Of a DNA stretch of 64,000 nucleotides, positions 11,401-24,689 are shown piece by piece. Source of the stretch: Callorhinchus milii (lineage: Eukaryota); contig NW_024704750.1 in NCBI RefSeq assembly GCF_018977255.1, forward strand, positions 4,774,001 to 4,838,000, written 5' to 3'. Both the position numbers and the translations under genes were made by a program. Position 1 is the first letter of the stretch. Every line of letters starts with the position of its first letter. Below the pieces are notes generated by a model. The model saw nothing but the letters and a program-made list of their open reading frames with translations. It searched no databases and was not told where the DNA came from.

Positions 11401-14400
11401 TTTATACACACTTTTTTCCAAGAGAATTCGTTTAGGTTGGAAGTACTTTGTCTCTTCTTCACTTTCCAATCTCTTCTAAAAACTAACATTTTGATTACAT
11501 TTTAATCTTCAATTTTTGGTGAAACTTTAGGAAGATACAAGAAATTAAATGTTTTTCTGTTGCAGATATATGAAAACCATGAAGTCTACTTACCCAATGA
11601 TGAAATTTGGGTTTATGAATTAGAAAATGGCACATGGTAAGATTTTTAAAAAAAAATGTTTTAGTTATGATGTTTTAGTTTAGAACCAGGGTTTCTCAAA
11701 CTTTGTGTGAACTTTCCTAAACCAAGAAAAAAAAGTGCCTCCCCATAGTTCACCAAGACAACACAAAGAACAAAAAAAATCCCAGATTCCCCAAGAATAC
11801 AAGCCGGAAAATTGCTCAGAAAGAGCTCTGATCACTACAATTACAATAAGAGTACGAGTGTCAAAAGTATAAATTCTACTTCACAAAGCAGACTTCATGC
11901 TATCCTATGGCTGTCCAAAAAGATCCCAAATCTCAGCAACCAAAACAAAACTGCAGAAACACTTCAGGAAACCAAACAATTCAGACCATGGCAGTACAAT
12001 ATCCATCAGTCACACCCCATCAGTGGGAAGATAGTGGAATTCAGGATTGCCGTGTAGAAAGATGCATAAGAACATAAGAAATGCTGGACGAAAAAAGACC
12101 AAGGTCTGTCTGGTTCACCTTCCACTTTCCTGGCGATCGCATGCACATATGTCCCAAACCACATATGTACTATAGGTTGAAGGGAGTTTGGCTGTCACGG
12201 GAAGTGCTGTCGGGGGAGCAGCTGCGCCAGGATGTGGGGCCATCCAGCCCTGAGAAACCTGGGACTTTTGGGAGGCACACCAGGGAGGTGCACCCCACAG
12301 TTTGAGAATCTCTGTGCTAGACAAATAATGTTCAATTGTTATTGATTATGATAACAAAATTTACAATAAGTTTAATGTTAGACTTGAATTTTGATTTTTG
12401 AACTACTGTACTTTTAAAGACAGGTAGTTCTCCTAACCTAAGCCATGTAAAACAAAACTTAAATTACCACCTACACTTTTACTTTTATGTAAAAGAACAT
12501 ACTAGCAGATCAGCAGCTCACTGCATCACAAGAGAGATATGAATTAAAAAGACCCTTTGGCCCATTTGATCTCATCCTTTTGAATTTTTGATGTTTCACC
12601 AGAACTTATTAAAATGAAGCAAAGTAGTTTCTTTTAGCCAAAATTAAAAATGTGTTGGTTGATAGTAGCTGCATTACCATCTATATTCATTGTACTTTAA
12701 TTTGCTTTTCAAAATTTAAATTAATTTATTTTAATCTACTTCAGGCAGAAGCACGCAATGAAGGGAGATCTACCACCTCCCTTGTCAAGAAGTTGTGCTG
12801 CTTGTCTGAATGGAATAATGTACATTTTTGGAGGATATGATGGCCTAGAGTATACCAATGAAGTAGGTCATTATCTCAAATACGTTTGCTACATGGTATT
12901 ATGATTTTTATTTAGATAGAACAAGATTGAGAACTTGTACTTGTTTTGCTGAGCATAGTAGGCATTGAAACAAAAAGCGTTTTATTCTTCCCTCCTGAGG
13001 ATGTTGACACTGGCAGCCTTCCCTCCTGAGGATGTTGACTCTGGCACCACATCCAAGTGAGCATTCTCCATGTCCAGACAGTGAATGCTAGCAGACCATT
13101 CAACGTTGGGTGTGATCCCATCTATTATCCATATTTGTAGCTTTCAGGATCACTTGATAGTGGCCGTCAGCAGTAACCCTAGCTGCGGTACTCTGATTTT
13201 TCTTTATTCTTCCCCCTTCCATACCTCTAAAACAAAAGGCATTGAGGCTAACTTCTGCCTTGATTAACAGAACAGGTGAGGTATCAAATTTGGCTTCAAT
13301 TTGCTGTTTACCCAGGCAGCTTGTTAAAAATAGGAACTTAGTGTGGAGAATCCTGAGTTCCATAAACATCCTGAGACTCTTAACTCACAACATCTCTGTG
13401 CTAATGAAATCCTACCTGTCTCCCATTGATGCTGTAGGCATGATGTTAGGAAGAAAATAACTTGTGTTTTGCTTCTGGTGAATTCTCCTATCAAATTACT
13501 GTTTTATATGAGACAGTTGATGTGGTATACAATATTAACCTACTCTATTTATAAAGATTCAGAGTATAAGTTAACATTGAATAGAAATTTGATTTATTGG
13601 AGACCAAGTATACTAATGTTTTTATACATCTGAAACAGATGTATTGTGTTAATCTGCAGGTAAAAGATGCCACGTATATTTGGAAGAAACTCAGGAATTG
13701 CCAAGGAATTTGTCCTACACCAAGACATGAGCTTTCTTGCTGGGTTCATAAAGACAGGTGGGTCCCTGACTTTTAATAAAAGTTGCAATGACGAGATTTC
13801 AGCAGTGAATAGGAATAGAATTTCAGATAAGGATTCTGAAATGCTGTACTCTGTCCAGGGCGTTGGGACGTCCTCCCGACGTGAAAGCCGCTATATAAAT
13901 GTAATCTTGTTGTTGTTGTAATGTATATAATGGAATATTTAAAATCCAATAAGTGCCAAAATATGGTATTCCTGTTGGATGATGAGAAATTAGTTTCAAT
14001 TTTTATCCACTTTAAATTTTCTTTTCTTTACTAGTATTTACACAACAATATTCTTTGCTGACCTAGGTCTGCATGAAAATATATAGATGCAATATTAAAA
14101 AAAATCTGCATCTAACGATCAAGATTTTTAGGAGAAATGCCTGAGGACACGGTTTTGGCATAGTGCCTTCTTAACTTTAAAGGGGATATTACACTCGCTC
14201 TGTCTAATAATGTGTTTTTCCTCATGGAGGAAATATTAAATTCTTCAGAGTCCAATCCTCATTTGGTTTCCAACAACAAAAATTACATTTCTATAGCGAC
14301 TTTCACGTCGGGAAGACATCGCCCAAATTAGACCCTATTGTCACACTATTGCTGACAGCAGCACATTAATGAAATTTGCCCCCCACCCACCATCACCACA

Positions 14401-17400
14401 AAAAAGTTCCCTTCCCCAGATCACGTGCCAACAACAGAAAGTGCCACTATTTAATGCCATTGAAATCAACAATGATTTCTCTTTTCTCCCCCCCCCCCCC
14501 CCCCGCCAAACTCTGCAAAATAACTTCCTGACCACATTCTGTACCATTAATTGTCTGTTAAACACATAAACAGTGCTGACTTGAAAAATATTTTGTGAAC
14601 CTTAAGTTCAGATTTCTATTCCCTTCCAATAAAACTAATATTCTATCTAAAATTGCATTAGAATAAAATATACACGTAAAAGGAAGTCTTCAAAGAAGAC
14701 AAAACTGAGCTTTCCAAAGCAGTAAATTATATTTAAATTAGTAATTACATTTGAAAATCAACTTTGATTTCTGACAGGTTGATTTATTTTGGTGGCTATG
14801 GGTGTAAGAGAATCAGTGAATTGAACGATTCGTTTTATGTGAATGAAGCATCTTGGGTAAGACTCTTAATTTTTATCTTAATTTCTGTCTACATGGTATT
14901 AAATGCAAGAATTATTATTATTTTATTATCAAATAATTATCGAATTCGAATGAATTTTATTCATCCAAAGGGGCAGATCTTGAGAGTGAATTTTGCATGT
15001 TTACTTCTAGTGCTCCTGTGTTAGAGCTGCTTTTCTACACTAATAAAACAACTCTGTCTGTGTGTCAATGTATCTGCCAATCGCACAATAACTGATTGAT
15101 GTAGGGACATGATTTATACCTCATCGGAAAGGTCTTGCACTTAGAAGTGTCATGGGCATATTTTGTTGGGGGGAACTCCTATTGTTGATGAGCTATATTA
15201 AAAATTAAGCCTCAAAATATGAGGTATCCTAAATCATGTCTCTATCTCAGTTGTGACACATCCATTGTGGCATCATGTCTATTGTACTATACAGTATATA
15301 ATAATGGCTTGCAGACAAAAACATTGTGAAACCGAAAAACAATCTATCTTCTACACTAATAAAGACGAAGTGTCTGTCTGTGTGTCAATGTATCTGACAA
15401 TCATACAATAACCGATTGATGTAGAGACATGATTTATACCTCATCGGAAAAGGCTTGCATCTGGCAATGTCATGGGCATATTTTTTTCTGGGGAGGTGGG
15501 GAGGAATCTCCTATCGTTGATATAGCTATATTAAAAATGCTTTAATTAGCCCCAAAATATGAGCTATGCATCATATTCTGCAACTATGTGGCAACAGAGA
15601 AAAGCACACAGTTCAGAGAGATGCATCTATATTCTGCAACAAATGTGTGGCACTCTTCTGTTTGTCATGGGAGCTAGAGTCCTCCCATGTGGGACAGAGA
15701 GAGAGACACTGAGATTGTGAAAGATTGAAAGAGAGGGACTGAGAGAGAATATTTTATAAAGTGTAGTGACTGTTTTGTGGGAGAGAAACTGGGAGAGTGA
15801 GATTGAGTGAGAGACTGGGAGAATGAGATTGAGCGAGTGACTGGGAGTGTGAGATTGAGAGAAAGACTCAGAGATTGAGAGAGAGACAGAGAGTGAGATT
15901 CAGAGAGAGACAGGAGAGAGACTGGGAGAGGGGGAGAGACGGAGAGGGAAAATATATTAAAGGAGTCCTCCCTCTGAGTCCTCCCAAAAGGAGATCTCCT
16001 ACAGGAATCCTTCCAGCTGAGTATAATGTCTAAACGTGTCAATCTACATGTCTGTGTGTCAATCTACATTCCATATTGAATCCGTTGGTTGCAAGTGAAG
16101 CTGCAATGGGTACAGTTTGTAGACAATATTTTTGCAAACAAGTAATATTTAGGAATGATTCATATTTTTAATCTTAAATCTGAGATGGACTTGCGTTAAA
16201 TGTTCCTTTCAGGAAGAAGAGATGTTCTGGGGATGGAATTGTGAGATCCATGTCTTTGATCCCAGTATCCAGATCTGGTACCAGCCCACGACTAAAGTAT
16301 GTTCAAACTCCAGTAATAATAGTTCAAAAAAATCTTCTTTATTTTAGTTGTTTTGTTTTAATCTTACTTAGGCATAAAATTCCACCTAGTTTTAGTCGAT
16401 AACACCATCTTATATACATTTTTAACATCTCTCAGAATTGTGAAAAATGTTTAAATTCAGTATATCAATTTGAAAGCCAGTTTTCCACAGCTTTTTTAGA
16501 AAAACCTATCTTGCAAATTAACACAGAATTTAAGAATTTCTTACAATTCTGTGTGAATTTTAAGACTAAATGGTCTTAATGGCTAAAACTAGGCAGAATT
16601 TCGCTCATATTATCACTTTTTCTAAGCAAGTATAGTTTGTTGAATTCTCCATAATAAAGTTGTAAAGAAAGGTAATAGTACACTCAGTAATCTGCTGTTG
16701 GTTTTGTTGAGCTTTAGGACTGCCTGATTTGGAGACAGCTAATAGTGGTAGTTGTTAAAGGCTCAGCCACCGATGGTGCAGGGGGATGGGGGATGTGCAG
16801 CAGATCTGAGTTAACTGAGCTAAGGGGATGGGCAGAAGAGTGGAGAAGGTCACAGAAATAGGGAGATGGCATTGTGTAAAGGAATTGATAGGTGAGAATG
16901 AAGACTTGGAAGTCGATCTATTGAAAGCCAGGGAGCCAGTGGAGCTGTGGCGAAAAATGATAATGAAGACTCTTATTTAATTGCTGAATTTCCTTATTTA
17001 GGTTTTTCCCTTACTGTTTTGTGCTGTATAAGTGTGATACCAGCTTAACATCAATTGTTTTACAGGGGATGCCTCCTCGGCCTCGAGCAGCCCATGCCTG
17101 CGCTGTTTTGGGAAATAAAGGTTATTTGTTCGGAGGTAGAATACTGGTGAGTCAATGACTCTTTTTCATTAAATAGATTAAATTGATCCATGTTTGAGTT
17201 TAATGCAGCCTTTTGCCTGATTTTCAGGAAACAAGAATTAATGATCTGCACTGCTTGGACTTAGATTCGTGGACTTGGTCTGGGGAGTAAGTATTTTTTT
17301 GTTTACATAGAATGTGGTGGTTGATATTTAACAGCAGTCCTTTTTTGATTATTGGACTTACAGTTCATTTGCAAAAATAATTAAATTTTAATACCAGATT

Positions 17401-20400
17401 AAAACTTCCTTCCCTTTTGATTAGTCCTGTGGGATCTTTCATGTTCATCTGAACAATATGCAAAGGATGGCACCCCCAACAATGCAGAGCTCCAACACAT
17501 TGTAGAAGCCTGAAAAATAGATTAATGTTCATGACTCAAATTGATGCTTGTACGATAAAATCATTATTTTATTTTCTATGATTCAAGTATTTTTATTAAG
17601 TCAATGAAAATAAAAGGGTAGATTGCAGAGAATACACAATAGAGTGGCCTGGCATTGCAGTTTGACTAGAATCCATAGTGTCCTAATAATAATAATCCTT
17701 GCATTTATATAGCGGCAGCCAATTGTGCACACAACAATTTGTATCGTGGAATTGCTAACAGTATATAGACAGCAACTATTTTACAATTTTAATTTAATAT
17801 TATTGATTCTTCCACAGATGTATGATGAGTTGAGGCTTAATATGCAACATTTTGGCTTTGTGTAATGTTAATTTCTCTGTGTGTACCTTTAGGACATTGT
17901 TTTGGGATACTACTTATAAGGTGAAATGGCAGAACAAGCATGGAGTGAATAAGAAAAACGAGATCAGGAGCACAAGAGGGAAGCTCGGCAATAGAGTGTA
18001 GACAGCTTAGAAAAAGTAGCAAGGAAAATTACAAATCGTGGCAATCTGATGAGGCTGACTGAATTCAGAGGGGGGGAAAAAAAAGTGAGAGCCATGTAAA
18101 TCAAAATAAATAGAAGCTTGTGATAGCACAGTGATAGTCAATTGGAGCTTCAGTGAGCTCCATTATGTGTTTGATTCCATGATTAACAACATGATGAGTT
18201 CATCTCCATCCTAACACTTCAGAAAAGTTCTATGCAAGAACTACTCCATCTCCCACATGAAGGGAAAATTTGAAGGTCAATCACTATCCTGATTTAAATT
18301 ATAAACAAGAAATGTTGTGAAGCATTAAGATGAATAAAAAGTATCATTGTTGTCAGCAAGGGAAGTACCTTTTACTTTAGTGGTAAACAGATTACCAGGA
18401 TGAGCCAGCATAATCTTAATATCCCCCCAAATCTATAAGGACTTTTTTTATAGAATATATTGGTTGATATAAACTCAATCTACTTTTGTGTTGTTGTTTG
18501 TTTTCATTAGAGTTGCTGTTGATGGAATACGCCCCCAGGGTCGTTTATGGCACACTTTGACTCCGGTGACTGATGATCAGCTTTTCCTTTTTGGAGGGCT
18601 AAGTGCAGAAAGTCAACTACTTAGTAAGTATTAACACTTATTCCTGCATTTTTCTTCTGCATGACAGGTGACATTAATACTGTGGATAGTTTTTTTGATA
18701 TAAAATGCTGTCATTTCCCTCACTGGGTATGGTGATGTGACCTCAGTTATTAAAATGTGTGAAGGTGAAAGGATCCAGGTCTTATGTAAGTTATTTGACT
18801 TTTTCTGGGAATGTGGAGCTAAAGGATGAGGTTAAAATGAAAAGCTCCACTGAGAGTAATAACTCTAACTAGGCGAAAAGCAAACATAGAAATAGAATGT
18901 CTATCCTAACTATTCCCATCTTCTTCAGCCACCATGTCCATCTCAGATATCCAGCCAGCAGTTTGAAGCGCTTGGAGACTTCTTCCTGATTTGAAAGGCT
19001 CTATACATATTGCATAAATGCTTTTAAAGTTTTATGGTATTGTCCTGTCTGTTCTAGGTGATGCATGGATCTACAGTGTTGGAGCTAATGAATGGAGACA
19101 ATTTGCACAGTGCCTTAAGAACAGACCCAGGTACAAGCAACTTTCCTGTATCTGCAGAGTAATGCTCTGTTTATGTTTAACACAATATTTTGCCAAATAG
19201 GATTTCCCAGATAAAAGCATATTTCATTATTTAGAAAGTGAAAAGGTACAAGAAGACTGGAAGATAACTTGTATTTTGCTACTGGGCCTGTTTTGACTTG
19301 CAGAAAGAGCCATTTTGCCCATTTGTCTGGGATACTTATTTTACTGGCTACTTTGGATGCTGAAAATAATTTAGGGAGAATGAGACTCTGAAAACGTCTG
19401 CAGGTGTGGGGGAATTCAACACATCCTGAGGACCATGTCAGCAATCAAACAATTTGGATCTTAGTGAAGTTCTGCTTTTTATGTTAAAATAGGTAGATAA
19501 GATGGTTGAGGATCACCATACCTCCCTGCTAATTCGGATCAGTAGAGGGGAAAAATATAGATTTCTGACGTCCCTTTTTTTAAGGAGAAAACTGAACACC
19601 TTGTACGTTCCCATTCTGCCTGTACCATTTTAGTTTGGTGATGTGAGGTTAGTTACCAGAAGGAAGAAAAATTGAAGGATATTACCTATGATCGTCCTCA
19701 CATTCCTTTTAGAGTTCATCTATAGACTAACATTGCCTGAAATATATTAAATTTCTAGTGTTCTGTTTTAAAGGCAGCAGATGCAGGTAACATATATTTC
19801 TTCCTTTCATTTTCATACTAGAAAACCATTTTGAGCAGATCTATTGGGTGACTAGAAAAAAAAGTCTTACATGATGTATTACCTCCCAGCAGCTGGGTAA
19901 AAAGCTGGGAATAGGTTGTCAGGTTGGTAGGGGGTTAGAATGTCACAGAGATAGGGAGCAGCAAGGCCATGGAGGGCTTGGAAGGTGAGGACTAGGATCT
20001 TGAACTGTATCCTCTGAGTGATGGGGAGCCAGTGTAGCCAGGCAAGGATGGGGATGATAGGGTCGCGGCTCCTGGTGCGGGAGAGGACACGGGTTGCAGA
20101 GTTCCTGCTGCTGTAGCCTGTAGAGGGAGGAGTGGAGAAGTCGACAAGCAGAGAATTTGCTTAGTTGAGCTTGAATGTGATGAATGCGTGTATGAGGATC
20201 TCGGCGTCCTGTGGTGAGAGACAGTGGCAGAGTTAGGCAATGTTGCGGAGGTGGGGAAAGAAGGAGCAGATCATGGCACGGATGTGGGGGATAAAGGACA
20301 GTTGAGGGTCGAACAGAATTCCAAGGTTCCGTATTGGATCCATGAGATGTAGAGTGCATCCATGAAGGGTGATGCTATCAGCGCTCGAGGTATGGAGCCA

Positions 20401-23400
20401 AGCAGGAGGGCCTTGGTCTTGTTGATATTCAATTGGAGGAAGTTTGCTCTCATCCAGGACTTGATGTCCGACAGGCAGTCTTATGAGGACAGCAGTGTTC
20501 CTGGAGTCGAGGGTGGAGGCGGAGAGATGGAGTTGGGCATCATCCGTATACACATGGAAGTTGACCCCATGTCTACGGACGATATCACCAAGAGGGAGCA
20601 AGTCAATGTTGAAAAGGAAGGGACCAAAGGCAGAGCTCTGAGGGACGCAACATGTGATGGTACGGGGGCTAGGGCAGCAGCCGTTACTGGAGACGATGTG
20701 AGAGGTAGGATTGAACAAGCCAAGGCCAGGTCCTTGAAGGTTGAGCTGCAAAGAGAGGCGGTGGAGGATGATAAATGGTCGACAGTGTCGAAGTGCATCA
20801 GAGAGGTCGAGGAGGACAAGAGAGTCAGATACAGCTTACAGAAATTAAACTGTTGTATGACTTAATGCTGCAGGAATTTTGACTCAGAAGATTGTGAAGG
20901 AAAAACTAAGCTTCAATTTCTGAAGGACAGTTCATTCACAGACTTTTAATTTACTCTGCCCAGTAATATTGGCAAAATGTTTTCTTGGTTTTCTCTTTCA
21001 TTATTAAACCTAACCGCATAATCTGTAAATTTTAATGAATGGAGGCAAAGGTTATTTTGCTTAGTTCAAATTGGCCTTGTAATGGCACACAAGGAAGATG
21101 TATCCCTAAAATTAATTCCTCCGACTAAAGATTTACATTAAATACAAATATTTGAAAATTGCAACAATTCTGTAGCATTTACCAAACTGCATACAGTATT
21201 TATTGCAGGTTCAACTTTTTTGATCTCTGCCACAACAATTTCTATCAATGCTATATGTGGGAGTATTGTTTAAATTTCTAAACATGATTATCACTGTGTA
21301 ATCTATACCCTAACATGTTACTATTGTTTATGCGTAATGCGTAAATTAGTGTTTTTCATCATGGTTTGGGTCATTTCAAATTTCCATCGAGAGGTTTTTT
21401 TATATGAATAAACAATTAAATGAAACGATCTGTGATATAATTTATACTAGGTATAGCAGTGATGTTTTGCACCGTTTTAGATTAGCAGCTACCAAGCGTA
21501 GTAAGGGTCCAAATCCCTGACTGTCCAGCGCCTTGGGATGTCCTCCCGACGTGAAAGGCGCTTATACAAATGTAATTTTGTATTGTATTGTAATAGAGCA
21601 CTGTTACAGTGTGTACAAAAAAAGCGTCAGGTTGCAAGCTAGGATTTCAACAAGTTCGAGTCAGGAAAGTCTACTCCATGTTCCACGGTGAAGCAGACCA
21701 GGCAGAGGTTTACCAACAGCAAGGCATGAGACAAAGGTTTTAATGAAGTGAGGAAAGCAGAGGCAGATGCAGGGCAAGGGAGATGTAGACTGCTTCTCAA
21801 AATGCAGGTAATACTGTGAAGGTAAAGGTAGGGGCTTTATCATAGATCAGTTAAGAGTGATACATGTAATATCAGATATTATTTATGTTGCTTAGATTAC
21901 TTTAATTTGCCAGAATATCTCAAATTAATTGCATATGGTTAATTTAGCTACAAATCTTATCGCAGAAAGAAATCTTCACAGACTAGATTTAGTTTCTAAT
22001 GAGAACCAAGTAATGCGCTAAGCATATTGAAGTTTATTTTCAGGACCCTCTTACTTAAAAGTTCAAGGGACAGTGAAATTTATCAGGTTCAAAAGTTTGT
22101 TCAAACTAATACTAAAATCTGTATTAAACAAAAAAGTGTATAGAATATTTAGAAGTGTTGGGCAATCCAGATATACCTGATAAAGAACAAAATTAAGTAA
22201 TGATTCACTTGTTTATTCTTCACATACTATGTGTAAAATAAATGTTTCAAAGATTAGAATTGCAGGGATGCCAATTCCTTTTAAGGGCTTTTGACAGAAT
22301 CAACGTGACTACTTTCAGACCATAGCTTTCTTTCTCTCTCTTTTTCTCCTCCCATCCCCACTTCCCCCAGGTAGTGTTATTTCCTGCTGTTGATACCAGT
22401 TACTTTGTGCTGCCATTTCCAAGTGACAGAAGTTTTTCATTGATAAGTTAGCCATTTAATATTTTTTTAAAATGTTAGGATTATATTTATTACAGATTCT
22501 GAGTGAGATGTAAGGCCCCTTTACCCAAGGTCTATTTTCTTAATTGCCTTGCTATTGGAAGGTGGCTCCGTAATTTATGATTTTCCACAATCTCTTGAAC
22601 AATGCTGATGAACACAAGAATTAAGCACTTAAGAATGATTGTCCCTATTTAAATGGTTATGTATTAATATACAAAAGCAGCACAAATTAAACAACAAATC
22701 ACTCTCTCGTAATGAGCTGAAGTCTAGACAGCAATAAATGTTAATTAAATAATCCAGTGCATTAATTTATTTTGTACTCCATCTAAAATTGCAATATTGT
22801 CAATATGGTTGGATGCATAGAGAAAACAAATTCCATTTTCAACCATTGCGCTAAAATTTGCATGAAATGGCAAATCAAATTTTACAGGAAATTGAGTGAA
22901 TCACATACTGTGCTGAAATATGAGAAATTGCTTATGAAATTTAAGATGAAAACAGTGTGTTATATTAGTGTTGAAATCCTCTGTAGGTTGTGGCATACAT
23001 CCTGTCTAGGAAAGGAGTTTGAAGTGATGGTGTTCAGTGGAAGCAAGGATGATTTACTTTCCTACGATACTGTAAGTGAATTCAGAATACTTTTTAAAAG
23101 GAGATGTGATGTTTGGACCTATTTTTGAAATTAGTAATTTTGAAATATTATAGTAAAGGTATAATTAAATGTTTGCGTTCTGCTCCAAGAGAAGCAAGCA
23201 CGCTTAGCACGTGGAGTCCTGTAGCTCAGTGGTTAGAGCACTCGCTTTACAAGCGAGACACCTGGGTTCAATTCCAGGCAGGGCGAAACCTTGGGCAAAT
23301 TTCCTTATTCCACACGCCTAATAATAATCCCTCCAAAATAAAACAATAATGAATTGGTCATTTTCAATCCACAACTATTTATGGGACACTGCTGTGCGCA

Positions 23401-24689
23401 ATTGGCTGCCGCGTTTCGCCCACAAATATACAGTCAATTCACTTTACAGCATATTCTGTGAAGCACTTTGAGACGTTGAGAAGATGTGAAAAGTACTATA
23501 TCAAATGCAAGGATTATTATTATATATTATCAAATAAATGCAGATTATTGTTGGTGCTCACCGTATGGTTATTATGTTAAATTTAAATCGCTCGGCTCAA
23601 TTCCTAATGGACATCCCAAACCTGATCTTAACACTGCATAAATGTATTGCCATGATTTGTACCTCATTTGTGCCTGACTTCAAAACACAAGTTTCTACAG
23701 TTTCCATATTTGTCCAATAAATATTTACCAGGTCTTCATGTACAATTGTATCTCAATAATCCATTCCAGTTATTTCAATTTCAGTAAGCCCACAAAATGG
23801 TTCTCACTAGAGATTCGGTTTAATAAACTGAAGCATCACTTAGCTTGACCATGGACAAGAAGACATTTCAAAACAAACTAACAATTATTAATGATGTTTA
23901 AATTGTATGATTTATATTGTTGCATAAACTTAATTGAAAAACGATTTTGAAAGTTTTTTAAACCTTATTTCGGATGGAGAAGGCATGACTCTAAATGTGT
24001 TAAATCTTCTTAATAATTTTCTTCTTCAACTAGGGTCACTGTAATGATGTGCTGATCTTTCAAACTCAACCCTATTCACTCCTCAGGTAAATTTTATGTA
24101 TCTACTGTAGTAAGAATACTGTCTTAATTTCTGCTTGAATGTTCCTAATTATTTAACTGTTATAAATCATTACATATTAAGTAATATGAACAGTTAGTTT
24201 TCTTTCAATATTAACTATGTTCACATTGTTTTTGGTATTTTTTTAAAAATTGAAACTATTATCCTGATTGTTTCAAGGAAGCTCTTCAGTTACATTGATA
24301 CCAGTTTTCCTGTTGGGGTTGAGGTGACTGAAACTAGTAATTTCTTGTTGGTCAAACATCTGACTGAAATTAGAAATTGTACATCTATATCTGTAGCTGC
24401 AGCTTATTGTGCCATAAACACAACCGTACAACTCCATACTGTGAGTTTCTGATTTCAACGATACTGTACTGATTTCTGAAAATTGAGCACTCAAAATGCA
24501 GTTGCTCACGGATGTTTTCTCATATTTAGGTTGTGCTTAAACCCCATTGCCAAAAATGCCACAGTTTTACAGAGTCAGCTTCCATTCTTACCTCGGGAAT
24601 TGTTGGATCAAGTGCAGAAGAAAATAAATTTCTGGGTTTCAGCTGGACAGCAAGAAAAATGCGATTGTATTTTTAACCTGAAATGTTAA
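7836..24689 (+). CDS. KLHDC1: Kelch domain-containing protein 1 (cullin-RING C-degron receptor family), 13 exons, about 392 aa (396 aa with exon 1a)
   Basis: Exons 7836-7919, 11566-11636 (IYENHEVYLPNDEIWVYE), 12745-12862, 13639-13757, 14778-14856 (LIYFGGYGCKR), 16213-16296, 17066-17146 (PRAAHACAVLGNKGYLFGGR), 17228-17286, 18511-18623, 19058-19130, 22987-23071 (LWHTSCLGKE), 24034-24086 (GHCNDVLIFQTQPYSLL), 24530-24689 (BC/cullin box, TAA). All GT-AG, 1179 nt in frame. Confidence 0.95.
9510..9712 (+). mobile_element. L2 LINE 3' end fragment (young)
   Basis: Near-identical reverse complement of 10290-10495; ends in (TTG)n. Confidence 0.85.
9996..10290 (+). mobile_element. tRNA-derived SINE, interrupted in its tail by an L2
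   Basis: Same family as 194-497; remainder of the tail (GGATTATTATT) resumes at about 11253. Confidence 0.85.
10290..11252 (-). mobile_element. 5'-truncated L2 LINE with frameshifted ORF2 C-terminus
   Basis: CLSDIESWTRDNFLQLNVRKTEALLIG..VRNLGVLFDPELSF..HAFVTSRLDYGNSLL then, in another frame, [38 protein letters not shown] (L2 hallmark). Confidence 0.92.
11687..12314. mobile_element. hAT (Charlie-like) non-autonomous DNA transposon relic
   Basis: Terminal inverted repeats CAGGGTTTCTCAAACT (11687-11702) and AGTTTGAGAATCTCTG (12299-12314). Flanks only loosely resemble the NTCTAGAN target. Contains a short CR1-like piece near 12066-12150. Confidence 0.6.
12990..13046 (+). repeat. Short tandem duplication (31 bp period)
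   Basis: CCCTCCTGAGGATGTTGAC(A/T)CTGGCA occurs twice. Confidence 0.8.
15030..16125 (+). mobile_element. Helitron-like relic with duplicated 5' part and internal (GA)n-rich tract
   Basis: About 200 bp direct repeat (about 15032-15230 and 15349-15570) starting TCTACACTAATAAA..TGTCTGTGTGTC. GA-rich tract 15690-15950. Possible decayed 3' end GTGAAGCTGCAATGGGTACAGTTTGT at about 16095-16120. Confidence 0.45.
16376..16601. mobile_element. MITE-like inverted-repeat element
   Basis: AAATTCCACCTAGTTTTAGTCGATAACACCAT pairs imperfectly with ATGGTCTTAATGGCTAAAACTAGGCAGAATTT; further internal palindromy. Confidence 0.6.
19890..20830 (-). mobile_element. Older degenerate L2 LINE RT fragment
   Basis: VPQSSAFGPFLFNI..LGDIVRRHGVNFHVYTDDAQL (RT YADD-like region) and ..IRNLGILFDPQLSF with frameshifts. 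Confidence 0.88.
23212..23523 (+). mobile_element. tRNA-derived SINE, full length
   Basis: Head GGAGTCCTGTAGCTCAGTGGTTAGAGCAC..GGTTCAATTCC, tail ..ATCAAATGCAAGGATTATTATT. Confidence 0.87.

Noticed and set aside
23212-23285. tRNA gene-like sequence (also at 194, 9996, 62335)
   Set aside because: It is the head of a SINE. It is always followed by the same body and tail, the anticodon loop varies between copies (CGC vs TAC) and the acceptor stem is poor.
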